A DNA stretch of 64,000 nucleotides from a virus: the IMG/VR virus record IMGVR_UViG_3300021963_000062, positions 33,016 through 97,015 of that record, one strand, 5' to 3'. Every line of letters starts with the position of its first letter. Position 1 is the stretch's first letter. Shown here one piece after another: positions 36,986-45,592 of the stretch. A program made the translations under genes and the position numbers. The notes below the pieces were generated by a model. The model ran no database searches and was not told the DNA's origin. It saw only the letters and a program-made list of their open reading frames with translations.

Positions 36986-37147
36986 TTAATGATCCTTCTT
37001 GGCAAATGGCTCCCAGTGTTGCCAGTTGTATTTGTGAACGGCCCACATCCCTAAAATAGGAACAAAGACTAAAGAAAATCCTATCACTCCAAGAATAATG
37101 GGATTACTTAAAGCCAAGTAAGCAATATGTCCTAGTTTATGCATCAT
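36986..37147 (-). CDS. small membrane protein
   Basis: Read by hand: ...LVFVPILGMWAVHKYNWQHWEPF. Confidence 0.55.
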   Translation of the reverse strand: MMHKLGHIAYLALSNPIILGVIGFSLVFVPILGMWAVHKYNWQHWEPFAKKDH

Positions 37148-37192
37148 TTCAATACGTTATGTGCAGTTCCATCACCATCATATTGGTCTGTG

Positions 37193-37354
37193 TCATAGTA
37201 TCCTCCGTTCCTTTTCATTCCGAAATAAATCGTAGATAAAACGAAAGGGATTGCGGCGAACATTAGTAGTTTTCCGAGTAACATAATAGTCTTCCTCAAA
37301 TGTTTTTTCTGCAAGTGCAATCAAAGCAATTGCCTGTTCTTTACCAGTCATCAT
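37193..37354 (-). CDS. hypothetical protein
   Basis: Likely start MMTGKEQ. Confidence 0.4.
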   Translation of the reverse strand: MMTGKEQAIALIALAEKTFEEDYYVTRKTTNVRRNPFRFIYDLFRNEKERRIL

Positions 37355-37505
37355 TTTCCTCATGATCCCCAGAGAGTTCTCTAAGATAATCAGTCCACCA
37401 TTGCGGATCTTTAATATATTTCCAGTTAGGAACATCCTTTCCCCGTTCAAAGTAATACTCAAATAGAGCTTGATCTATCTTTTGAGAGATTTCAATAATC
37501 TTCAT
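37341..37505 (-). CDS. hypothetical protein
   Basis: Likely start MKIIEISQ; VPNWK..KDPQWW. Confidence 0.55.
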   Translation of the reverse strand: MKIIEISQKIDQALFEYYFERGKDVPNWKYIKDPQWWTDYLRELSGDHEENDDW

Positions 37506-37683
37506 CCTCTTGGTCAAGGTCTCCATATGCATTCTCCACGTAGGGTCCGTGTGGTCGTTTGGCGTCTTCTCGGACATAATTGACTTCAGATACGCTTGTT
37601 GATAACCATAGTGATACTTTCATTACTATGTAGATAATTGCAAGAGGGAGAAAACACAAAGAAAGGATTAGTGCATGTTTCAT
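37492..37683 (-). CDS. small membrane protein
   Basis: N-terminal TM, acidic tail, ATGA coupling to gnd. Confidence 0.6.
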   Translation of the reverse strand: MKHALILSLCFLPLAIIYIVMKVSLWLSTSVSEVNYVREDAKRPHGPYVENAYGDLDQEDEDY

Positions 37684-38717
37684 CTTACATGATGTCCTCC
37701 AAACATAAACCTCATACCATTCAGAACTTTGGACGCGAAAGCACCCAAACCGCGAGAATTAAATCTTTCATAAAGCGCAGTGGTGATGACAGGAGCGGGA
37801 ACCCCCAGATCCACAGCGGCAGTAACCGTCCAGCGACCCTCACCGCTGTCGGATACACCTCCAGAGAACTGTTTAAGCTGAGGATCGCGGCGTAACACAT
37901 CAGCAGTAAGATCCAGTAACCAAGAACCAACAACGCTACCACGACGCCATAACTCAGCCACCTCAACAACATCAATGTCATAACAGTAACTTTCTGGATC
38001 TGCCATTGGGGCGACCTCTGCATCTCCTTCTCTGACATACTTGGCACCTGCATTGGCGTTCTTAATGATGTTAAATCCTTCTGCATACGCCTGCATTATA
38101 CCATACTCTATGCCGTTGTGAACCATCTTTACAAAATGTCCTGCACCAGGGCCTCCACAATGTAACCAACCAAACTCAGCAGAGGTCAACTCCGAGTTAA
38201 ATTGAGTCCTGGGGGCAGCGTCAATTCCTGGTGAGAGGGCATCAAAAATGCGCGAACAAGTGGCGACCGCAGTATTTCCGCCACCAACCATAAGACAGTA
38301 TCCACGATCCATACCATAAACGCCACCGCTAGTACCGCAATCAATATATTGGATACCAAGTTTTGCCAACCGCTCTGCTCTTTTCCGACTGTCTTTAAAA
38401 TTGCTATTGCCATGATCAATAATAATATCTCCTTCACCACAATATCGTAGTAACTCATTGATCGTCTCCTCTACGGTTTCAGCAGGCACTACCATCTGGA
38501 AAATACCAGGTCGTACTCCACCAGTTTTTGTTTGTTTAACTACTTTAACAAGGCCTTCAATAGTAGTTGTAATGCCATCCACATACCCACTTTCGTATGC
38601 TTCGTTTGCTTTTGCATAATTTCTCCGATAACCCCAGACTTCAATTCCTCCTCTTTTCCTCATGCGACGGGCCATTCCTTCGCCCATTCTTCCGAGTCCG
38701 ATTAGCCCTACTTTCAT
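37680..38717 (-). CDS. gnd: 6-phosphogluconate dehydrogenase
   Basis: GLGRMG, DHGNS, SGG, GAGHFVKMVHNGIEYG, DSGEGRW. Confidence 0.95.
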   Translation of the reverse strand: MKVGLIGLGRMGEGMARRMRKRGGIEVWGYRRNYAKANEAYESGYVDGITTTIEGLVKVVKQTKTGGVRPGIFQMVVPAETVEETINELLRYCGEGDIIIDHGNSNFKDSRKRAERLAKLGIQYIDCGTSGGVYGMDRGYCLMVGGGNTAVATCSRIFDALSPGIDAAPRTQFNSELTSAEFGWLHCGGPGAGHFVKMVHNGIEYGIMQAYAEGFNIIKNANAGAKYVREGDAEVAPMADPESYCYDIDVVEVAELWRRGSVVGSWLLDLTADVLRRDPQLKQFSGGVSDSGEGRWTVTAAVDLGVPAPVITTALYERFNSRGLGAFASKVLNGMRFMFGGHHVR

Positions 38718-38718
38718 A

Positions 38719-38940
38719 TTAGTATCCCCTCCAGGTTTTAAACTCATAATAAAAGTATTGATCCATAATACGATTATCTAGTGGAGCATTTTCAGTCCTA
38801 TATGCCCACTCAACACAGAAGTCTATGATGCGATGATCATTTAGAGATTTATGGCCCCACATTCTTACAAACGCGGATGCTGCGAAATGAAACCTCTGTT
38901 TAGTTTGGGGTTCCATTCCGCGTGTGACCTTTGGAGTCAT
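38719..38940 (-). CDS. hypothetical protein
   Basis: 73-aa ORF. Confidence 0.55.
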   Translation of the reverse strand: MTPKVTRGMEPQTKQRFHFAASAFVRMWGHKSLNDHRIIDFCVEWAYRTENAPLDNRIMDQYFYYEFKTWRGY

Positions 38941-39107
38941 CCCACAACCCCATTACAATGAGGACAAATCCAACCCTCATCACCGAAAAGTAGACTTGAA
39001 TGGAATGCACCAGACTCACAAAATTGTTTGATTGGTTCACTGATTTCAGCGTCAACCAAACTCTTATGACAATGCGGACATTCTCTGAGTGTTAGTGGGT
39101 AAATCAT
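38937..39107 (-). CDS. small zinc-ribbon protein (56 aa)
   Basis: Read by hand: CPHC...WICPHC; ATGA overlaps on both sides. Confidence 0.6.
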   Translation of the reverse strand: MIYPLTLRECPHCHKSLVDAEISEPIKQFCESGAFHSSLLFGDEGWICPHCNGVVG

Positions 39108-39604
39108 TTGATCATCTCCATTGCTTTATGGAGCTCCTGTGCGTGTTGAATCTCATCATTCATTATATCAACTATTTTCTGATCATCATGTATTGTTAGG
39201 TATTTCGCATAAGTCATCATAGCGTGCCACTCTACTTCCTCATTTAAATGATAAGCAGAAACAGGATCAAGAAAATAATAAACCACCATAATCCAATAAT
39301 AGACGAGAACCAAATGATAAGCGAAAAAGCGATCAATCCAGCGATCTGCTCCACCACGCGACTCCATTTCTCTGAGGTGTTCGGTTTCATTGACGGTCTG
39401 TGCGAAGTGTTCTTTCATTAGGTAGTAGTGTTCTTCTGTTCGGAGACCTAGTGATTCTCTGAGATGAAGAACACTGAGAAACGCGAAGTAAGGTGCTCTA
39501 GCGATTGTTTCTAGAACCCAGAATCTTTGTATGTCTTGACCTCTATAAAGAAAGTCAAGTATAGCTACCGTGATATTTAAAACAGCGGTGTTGAATGTTT
39601 TCAT
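39104..39604 (-). CDS. ptox: plastoquinol terminal oxidase (PTOX)
   Basis: ETIARAPYF, NETEHL, EEVEWHA and DEIQH di-iron motifs. Confidence 0.92.
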   Translation of the reverse strand: MKTFNTAVLNITVAILDFLYRGQDIQRFWVLETIARAPYFAFLSVLHLRESLGLRTEEHYYLMKEHFAQTVNETEHLREMESRGGADRWIDRFFAYHLVLVYYWIMVVYYFLDPVSAYHLNEEVEWHAMMTYAKYLTIHDDQKIVDIMNDEIQHAQELHKAMEMIK

Positions 39605-39762
39605 GCTCGTGTAGGAACATACTCCATGTCTTTCAGGAATTCATCTAGAATCGCACCATACTCCTTAAATCTACGATCTCCGGCTATGAAGCGTCTTTGT
39701 CTCATCCAAACTGCATCAGCCAAAAGTTTGACTTGTTCTTCGGTAAATGTGAATTCCTTCAT
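39601..39762 (-). CDS. small hypothetical protein
   Basis: Read by hand: MKEFTFTEEQVKLLADAVWMRQRRFIAGD... Confidence 0.55.
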   Translation of the reverse strand: MKEFTFTEEQVKLLADAVWMRQRRFIAGDRRFKEYGAILDEFLKDMEYVPTRA

Positions 39763-39774
39763 TTTTTACTCCGA

Positions 39775-40434
39775 TTAGTTTTGTTTTTGAACTGAATCCC
39801 AGTCTTTCTGGAATTGTTCTAGACCTTTTTCTGTCATAATATTTTTGTACATGCCCCAAAAGACTACTGGTGGAATAGTTACCACATCAGCACCAAACAG
39901 GGCACACTTCTCAACTTGTCTTACATCACGAACGGATGCACCAAGAATCTGAGTAGTAGTGAACCTACCGTGTCCAGTATATACTTCACGAATGTTCTTA
40001 ATGAGTTCAAGACCATCTACGGAATTATCTTCCCACCTACCAATAAATGGAGAGATATATGCGGCACCAGCCTTCTCTGCGAGAATGGCTTGTGCGACTG
40101 AGAACACCAAAGTCACATTAACCTTATAACCAGCAATGGTAAGTGCAAGGCAGGCCTTAAGACCTTCTACAGTACAGGGAACTTTGATAGTAACGTTCCA
40201 AAGTCCTTCAAATGCTTTTGCTTGATCAATCATTTCCTCTGCAGTATCAGCAACAACCTCTGCCGAGATTGATTCTAATTGTGGAAATGAAGATTGAATT
40301 TCTTTAATAACTTCAATTGGATCACGACCACTCTTTTTAATTAGAGTTGGATTTGTTGTGACTCCATTCAAAAGTCCAGTTTCATAAACTGAACGGATCA
40401 TGTCAACATCTGCGGTGTCTAAAAATATCTTCAT
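39775..40434 (-). CDS. talC: transaldolase (TalC/FSA family)
   Basis: MKIFLDTA, GVTTNPTL, IKVP, NVTLVFS, SPFIGR. Confidence 0.95.
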   Translation of the reverse strand: MKIFLDTADVDMIRSVYETGLLNGVTTNPTLIKKSGRDPIEVIKEIQSSFPQLESISAEVVADTAEEMIDQAKAFEGLWNVTIKVPCTVEGLKACLALTIAGYKVNVTLVFSVAQAILAEKAGAAYISPFIGRWEDNSVDGLELIKNIREVYTGHGRFTTTQILGASVRDVRQVEKCALFGADVVTIPPVVFWGMYKNIMTEKGLEQFQKDWDSVQKQN

Positions 40435-40911
40435 GTTTTTTCTTAAAAAGGATACGCATGGGTCAAGCCCCAAAAAACAAATAGTCCTATGGTTCCAAAT
40501 ATGACCAAGGTATATAGAGTCAGACTATTCATTACATATCTCCTCCGTTACGAAATCCTACTATGTAACCAATGATAAGACCACACATAAACGCAACAAA
40601 CATGTATAGAATGTGTGATACAAACTCAATAAACTCTAGCCATTCCGTATTCGTCATCATCATCCTCATAGGTAGATGGTTCTTCAAAGAGTTCATCCAT
40701 TTTTTGTTGAAGGACTCTTTCTTGCAATTCTTTTAAATCTTCTTCTGTTAAGATGATCATTTGTCTTTGAGTAGTTCCTCTATTCGTTTACGCATGTTCT
40801 CACTATCTTGTTTAAGATAATCTCTAAGAGAATAACCACGTTGACCTCTTATGATACATGTTCCTTGATAGAACATGGTGGCAGCAAAGACTAATAATAA
40901 TACAATACCAA

Positions 40912-41115
40912 TTATTTCAGGGTAATGTTTAGCCATGGCAGTACGGGAGGAATTACACCAATAAGTCTCAACAATCCTTCAGCAAATAAAGCAAGGACAA
41001 CCCAACCAACGCACATAGAAATAATGGAAGCATTCCGATTGTGCCTTCGTATAGCATCATCTATCATCTCCTGGACTTCAGAACGACTGACCAACTCATC
41101 ATGTTCTCTATCCAT
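40912..41115 (-). CDS. small membrane protein
   Basis: AIRRHNRNASIISM..GWVVLALFAEGL. Confidence 0.65.
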   Translation of the reverse strand: MDREHDELVSRSEVQEMIDDAIRRHNRNASIISMCVGWVVLALFAEGLLRLIGVIPPVLPWLNITLK

Positions 41116-41332
41116 TTTTTACCTCTCTTAAGTAACGGCGATACATTTCTAAAGTTTGATTGTCACATTCACGTTCATCTGATGGAGGATTCCATCCTTG
41201 ACTAAGGGTAAAATCACAAAATTCATATACTTCTTGAGTAACAACCATTCCGACTCTGACCAGAGAACTCAATAAATGGGCTCTTTTTTGAAAGCATTCG
41301 TCTTTGAATCTCCAATCATGAGTACTTGTCAT
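41108..41332 (-). CDS. hypothetical protein
   Basis: DWR...YEFCD pattern; likely start MTSTH. Confidence 0.55.
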   Translation of the reverse strand: MTSTHDWRFKDECFQKRAHLLSSLVRVGMVVTQEVYEFCDFTLSQGWNPPSDERECDNQTLEMYRRYLREVKNG

Positions 41333-41590
41333 GATTTCCTCCAAGAAATTTTTCTAGTGGATCCTTTTCACCTCTAACAATTGCACATGCTCTTTTGTAG
41401 AACATATTATCAGTGTTACCAGAATCCTCGAAAGTCTTCTTGATCTTCACCCAATTATTATAGGTGTGTTCGTCCATGAGGTTATTGAGTTGTACATAAG
41501 TATATACTAATCACGAAAGCCCCAATGGCAACAAGTGTGTTCGTATCGTAACACTCATTAAGTAATAATTAAATTTGTAACAATTCTAAA

Positions 41591-41675
41591 CGGAAAGGGT
41601 GGGATTTGAACCCACGGAGGCTTTCACCTCGCTTGTTTTCAAGACAAGTACCTTAAACCACTCGGTCACCTTTCC
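41591..41675 (-). tRNA. tRNA-Ser(TGA)
   Basis: CTTGT-CTTGAAA-ACAAG, long variable arm. Confidence 0.95.
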
Positions 41676-41678
41676 AAA

Positions 41679-41770
41679 CGGAGGATGTTGGATTTGAACC
41701 AACGGATGCACTTAAAGTACATCGGGGGATTAGCAATCCCCTGCATTAAACCTAACTCTGCCAATCCTCC
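41679..41770 (-). tRNA. tRNA-Ser(GCT)
   Basis: GGGGA-TTGCTAA-TCCCC, long variable arm. Confidence 0.93.
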
Positions 41771-42021
41771 TATCGGATTTCAAAATCCAGTTTACGAACC
41801 TTACGAGCCCTTCTGGATTCCTGATAAGCAAGATCTGATGCACTGAGTACACCAGAATTCTTATCTTCTTTGATAGAGTTTAACATAACAACTTGATTTA
41901 GGTCAACAGCAGTGATGGTGTCTCCCTTTACAAGAGTCATATTTTCACATCCACAACATACTGATTTTGTTGGATGCGACTCCAACTCGGTGTTACACAC
42001 CTTACATCTTACTCTTAACAT
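41770..42021 (-). CDS. Zn-finger-like conserved phage protein
   Basis: CKVC...CCGCEN. Confidence 0.65.
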   Translation of the reverse strand: MLRVRCKVCNTELESHPTKSVCCGCENMTLVKGDTITAVDLNQVVMLNSIKEDKNSGVLSASDLAYQESRRARKVRKLDFEIR

Positions 42022-42041
42022 TGTTCAATACCTTTAGTTAA

Positions 42042-42596
42042 TCAATCTTCAATAGTTTCTTCAACTTCTTCGGAACTCTCGCATACACATGGATCACAAG
42101 AACACTCTGGACATATCTCTTGTATTTCTTCTTCAACTTCCTCTTTAGTTAAACCTGGAGAGGTCTCCATGTATGAACGTAACATCCAAACGAATTTACC
42201 ATGTGATTCATTTAGATCGTCTGCAAGATTTGAAGTTCCTCTTGATTTCTGTGCGTCAGCTTCTTCAGCGACTTCAGTAAGAAGATCACATAAATCTTGA
42301 TTTGATTTCAACAGATCTTTGACCATTTTATGGCAATCTGTTGTACTTTGTCCAGTTTTGATTTTAGATACTTCTAATACTCTTTCTAGACTATTGAGTG
42401 GTTTTACATTTAGAAACCTCATGTGTTCAGAGATACGATCAATCTCTTCAAACATGGTTTCATACTGACCACCAAAAAGAGTATGAAGTTGTGGAAAATC
42501 TTCTCCAACTACATTCCAATGATAAGCCCAAGTCTTATGAAATAAGACGAAGAGGGACGCTTGTGCATCACTTAGTAGTTTAAAAAGTTTTTCCAT
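42042..42596 (-). CDS. dps: Dps/ferritin-like protein
   Basis: HWNVVG..F.QLH.LF, DRISE, HGKFVWML. Confidence 0.9.
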   Translation of the reverse strand: MEKLFKLLSDAQASLFVLFHKTWAYHWNVVGEDFPQLHTLFGGQYETMFEEIDRISEHMRFLNVKPLNSLERVLEVSKIKTGQSTTDCHKMVKDLLKSNQDLCDLLTEVAEEADAQKSRGTSNLADDLNESHGKFVWMLRSYMETSPGLTKEEVEEEIQEICPECSCDPCVCESSEEVEETIED

Positions 42597-42627
42597 TATA
42601 CCAAAATACTTTAGAAGTATTTATTAA

Positions 42628-42699
42628 TGGGAAATACTGGATTTGAACCAGTGACTTACTGCTTGTAAGGCAGCCACTCTACCGCTGAGTTAATCTCCC
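42628..42699 (-). tRNA. tRNA-Val(TAC)
   Basis: CTGC-CTTACAA-GCAG. Confidence 0.95.
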
Positions 42700-42702
42700 G
42701 AG

Positions 42703-42773
42703 AGCGGGTAACCGGATTTGAACCGGTGAGAACAACTTGGAAGGATGTCATGTTACCGCTACATCATACCCGC
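42703..42773 (-). tRNA. tRNA-Gly(TCC)
   Basis: GCGGGTA acceptor, CTTCCAA loop. Confidence 0.92.
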
Positions 42774-42783
42774 TTATGAGACA

Positions 42784-42812
42784 ATTATAGAGTATTTGAG
42801 TATAATTGTCAA
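42784..42812 (-). promoter_or_regulatory. sigma70 promoter within the tRNA cluster
   Basis: TTGACA-17bp-TATAAT. Confidence 0.85.
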
Positions 42813-42813
42813 G

Positions 42814-42895
42814 TGTCGCTGAAGGGACTTGAACCCCCACGAATAAATTCACTGGAACCTAAACCCAGCGCGTCTACCAATTCCGCCACAGCGAC
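42814..42895 (-). tRNA. tRNA-Leu(TAG)
   Basis: CTGGG-TTTAGGT-TCCAG, variable arm. Confidence 0.95.
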
Positions 42896-42898
42896 GGA

Positions 42899-42970
42899 CT
42901 CCCCCGGCAAGGATCGAACTTGCGACCAATCGGTTAACAGCCGACCGCTCTACCGCTGAGCTACAGAGGA
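42899..42970 (-). tRNA. tRNA-Asn(GTT)
   Basis: GTCGG-CTGTTAA-CCGAT. Confidence 0.95.
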
Positions 42971-42994
42971 ATAATTTGGAGAATAAATCTCCAA

Positions 42995-43068
42995 CGACTC
43001 AGGAGGGACTTGAACCCCCGACCAACTGCTTAGAAGGCAGATGCTCTATCCAACTGAGCTACTGAGTC
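42995..43068 (-). tRNA. tRNA-Arg(TCT)
   Basis: CTGC-CTTCTAA-GCAG. Confidence 0.95.
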
Positions 43069-43076
43069 ATGAGACA

Positions 43077-43105
43077 ATTATACCCGTTGAAGGTTGAATT
43101 GTCAA
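43077..43105 (-). promoter_or_regulatory. sigma70 promoter within the tRNA cluster
   Basis: TTGACA-17bp-TATAAT. Confidence 0.85.
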
Positions 43106-43192
43106 CGGAGAGAAAGGGATTTGAACCCTTGGTGAAGTTACCCCCACACAGACTTTCCAGGTCTGCACCTTAAGCCACTCGGTCATCTCTCC
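43106..43192 (-). tRNA. tRNA-Ser(GGA)
   Basis: CAGAC-CTGGAAA-GTCTG, long variable arm. Confidence 0.95.
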
Positions 43193-43200
43193 ATATTTAA

Positions 43201-43229
43201 AGTATAGAGTGGGGAAGGAGTGTTGTCAA
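43201..43229 (-). promoter_or_regulatory. sigma70 promoter heading the tRNA cluster
   Basis: TTGACA-17bp-TATACT inside a purine/pyrimidine hairpin. Confidence 0.8.
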
Positions 43230-43252
43230 CCCCTTCCTCCTATTCTATTGTA

Positions 43253-43870
43253 TCAAACTTCTACCTTGATCAGACGAGATGCATAATCATGAGCATACGA
43301 AGTACGGGCTCCATGATGCCCCCATCCAATCCAACTATACGCATAGTTCATGTAGCGGTCAATTGATTTACCAGGAGTTTTCATCTTCTCCTCAATCCTT
43401 TGCCACTGAACTTCATTCGTCAGATAACGAAGTTGCGTTTGAAGTGATGATGGCGAACCACCATACTTCTTAGCAAAATCACCCAATCCATAATAACGGT
43501 TGGCAGATGTCCATTGAATCAGTCCGTAACCACGGCCGCAGCCGTTGTAACTGGTTCTGCTTCCACCTTCGCAAATATTAGGCACGAATGTAGATTCTTG
43601 TCTAATATTGCCCATGATGGTAGCAAGGGCGTTTCTGTCTTTAATTCCATGATCCTGAAGAAATGCCAAGGTGGCATTTTCATTCTCATTACACCCTTTA
43701 CAAATTAGCCTTAACTCTTTTGGCTTTTCGGGAGCAACCTCTTTGGTCGCTGTCTCTTCAACTACTGGGGGCGGAGGCCCATCCATTTTGTAGTTTACGA
43801 ATGGCAGTGTTGCCGCATTGGTTGTAACCGTTGCCATAAGGGGCAGGGCTACTGTAAAGATATTTTGCAT
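43253..43870 (-). CDS. exported phage-tail-lysozyme-like cell-wall hydrolase
   Basis: ATIMGNIRQES, GYGLIQWT; N-terminal signal-like segment. Confidence 0.75.
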   Translation of the reverse strand: MQNIFTVALPLMATVTTNAATLPFVNYKMDGPPPPVVEETATKEVAPEKPKELRLICKGCNENENATLAFLQDHGIKDRNALATIMGNIRQESTFVPNICEGGSRTSYNGCGRGYGLIQWTSANRYYGLGDFAKKYGGSPSSLQTQLRYLTNEVQWQRIEEKMKTPGKSIDRYMNYAYSWIGWGHHGARTSYAHDYASRLIKVEV

Positions 43871-44014
43871 TAAAATTAATTGAACTCTACATCCGAATAG
43901 AAAGGGGGTACACCACACCTCTCGGTGGGCACTTTCCTCGGCTCTAATGTCACTTCAAATTCTCATGACGAAGATCATTATAAGTGATTATTTAGTTTTG
44001 TTACTAAAAGTCAC

Positions 44015-44158
44015 CTACGGTTGTTCCGTAATCGTTTCTCGGAATTCTTCATAAAATGCACAAGCATTTAGGTAATCCCCAACCTCGGCAAGATAATGAA
44101 GCCGGTCAATAATACTATCTTTTAGATTTTCAACGTTGTCAATCAGCTGATTTTCCAT
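44015..44158 (-). CDS. small hypothetical protein
   Basis: Likely start MENQLID. Confidence 0.45.
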   Translation of the reverse strand: MENQLIDNVENLKDSIIDRLHYLAEVGDYLNACAFYEEFRETITEQP

Positions 44159-44576
44159 GAAAGTAGTCCTTCCTGTAGTAACGACCAAGAACATTGCTAT
44201 TGTAGTATCTTGGTTCCCCATTGTCAAGAGATTCGGTCAGGACATTGTTGAGAAACAACTGACGAGTCTCTTCGTAATTGGTTTTACCTACAGTATCATG
44301 TAAGGATATAATTGTTCTCTTAAACTTATCTTTTCCAAACTTCTTTACATCTTCTTTGAGTTCTGGACAAGATCCGTAATACTTTTTCCAATCAGACTCT
44401 GATTTACTTCTTCTACTAGCGCCCTTCTTCTTGCGGAAACTCCAGAAATATTTTCTACCAATATACGACCTACCAGTTGGAATGCAGTGAATATGATAAA
44501 CAAAACCAAAATGATCTTGAATATGATCAGACTCAAAAACTTCTCCATTGTAGAGCCAAGGGTTTTCATAACTCAT
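44139..44576 (-). CDS. GIY-YIG nuclease-like protein
   Basis: GFVY.I....GRSYIG, FKRTI, E...L, YYN. Confidence 0.75.
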   Translation of the reverse strand: MSYENPWLYNGEVFESDHIQDHFGFVYHIHCIPTGRSYIGRKYFWSFRKKKGASRRSKSESDWKKYYGSCPELKEDVKKFGKDKFKRTIISLHDTVGKTNYEETRQLFLNNVLTESLDNGEPRYYNSNVLGRYYRKDYFHGKSAD

Positions 44577-44603
44577 AAAGCTCTTTAATTAATCAAGCTT
44601 TAT

Positions 44604-45371
44604 TTAGATGTAACCTTCAAGTATTTTTTGTTCATCAATAAATTTAATTAATTTTGATGCCCAAAATTTATGAAATTCTTCTGGATAGTGTCCATGCCAT
44701 CTATCTTCATATCGTAAATGCTTCCAATCTGGATGATGTGTAGCAACACCCCAAAAAGAATAAATTTTATCCATTAAAGAAGAGTATTGGTAGTCAAATG
44801 TATTACTTTTATGATGGCCAAAATGATGTTTTTTATCTATCAACGACCAATCTCCATAATACCAATTAATACTATTATGAAATATAAAAGGAATATCGTA
44901 TTTCTGACATATAGTTTGGACAATAAACATCTGATTTATTGATTTTTTATCAAGAGTTTCATTAGTATTACTCATTATATAATGTCTATAAATTGGCAGA
45001 TGTAATTTTATATCTCTCTCATACTCATTATCTACTGTAAATTCATCAGTTAAATGAGATGGATAAAAATTTATATAATCATGACCTATAATAGATGATT
45101 TAACTCTAATAAAAGTTCTACTAGCTTCAGTAAAATTAAATAAAACAAAAACTTTTTCTTTCTTTGTTATTACTTTTTTAATTTCTTCATTAAATCTTTC
45201 AATTAACAAATCATTACTTCCACCGGGTTCAGAAAAATTTTTATATTTAAATCCATAATATTTTGCAATATAAGCAGGATATGCTTTTGAAAAACATTCA
45301 TAATTATATTGTTCTTCTATTTCAGCACCGGCTGTATGACTATCACCAAAGGCTATTAAAGTTCTCGTCAT
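44604..45371 (-). CDS. SGNH/GDSL hydrolase-like protein
   Basis: AFGDSHTAG, PGGSN, GHYP...H. Confidence 0.65.
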   Translation of the reverse strand: MTRTLIAFGDSHTAGAEIEEQYNYECFSKAYPAYIAKYYGFKYKNFSEPGGSNDLLIERFNEEIKKVITKKEKVFVLFNFTEASRTFIRVKSSIIGHDYINFYPSHLTDEFTVDNEYERDIKLHLPIYRHYIMSNTNETLDKKSINQMFIVQTICQKYDIPFIFHNSINWYYGDWSLIDKKHHFGHHKSNTFDYQYSSLMDKIYSFWGVATHHPDWKHLRYEDRWHGHYPEEFHKFWASKLIKFIDEQKILEGYI

Positions 45372-45375
45372 ATAA

Positions 45376-45480
45376 TCACTTGTATATAAATGGATCTCTC
45401 TTCTGAAGTTCTTTAAGTCTTTTCTTGAATTCCTTTTCTTTTTTCCAATTAAAAATAAAATTCCAAAGTTTTTTAATCAT
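45376..45480 (-). CDS. 34-aa basic peptide
   Basis: Read by hand: MIKKLWNFIFNWKKEKEFKKKLKELQKRDPFIYK. Confidence 0.55.
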   Translation of the reverse strand: MIKKLWNFIFNWKKEKEFKKRLKELQKRDPFIYK

Positions 45481-45534
45481 GAGAGGCTCTTTAAATATCA
45501 GAGCCTTATTTATCTTTTGAACCCTAGCAGAGTT

Positions 45535-45572
45535 ATTGTACCCATAAAAAAAGAGTCCGTCAAGCGGACTCT
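45535..45572 (-). terminator. terminator with embedded sigma70 promoter
   Basis: AAGAGTCCG-CTTGA-CGGACTCTT-TTTTT; TTGACG-17bp-TACAAT. Confidence 0.75.
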
Positions 45573-45592
45573 TGAAATTATTTCAGATCGTA

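Noticed and set aside
37680-40434. Complete pentose-phosphate module (zwf, cp12)
   Set aside because: Only gnd and talC are recognisable in this window
41535-41555. TGT-N10-ACA palindrome as an NtcA site
   Set aside because: Lacks the GTA/TAC core and a clearly spaced -10 box
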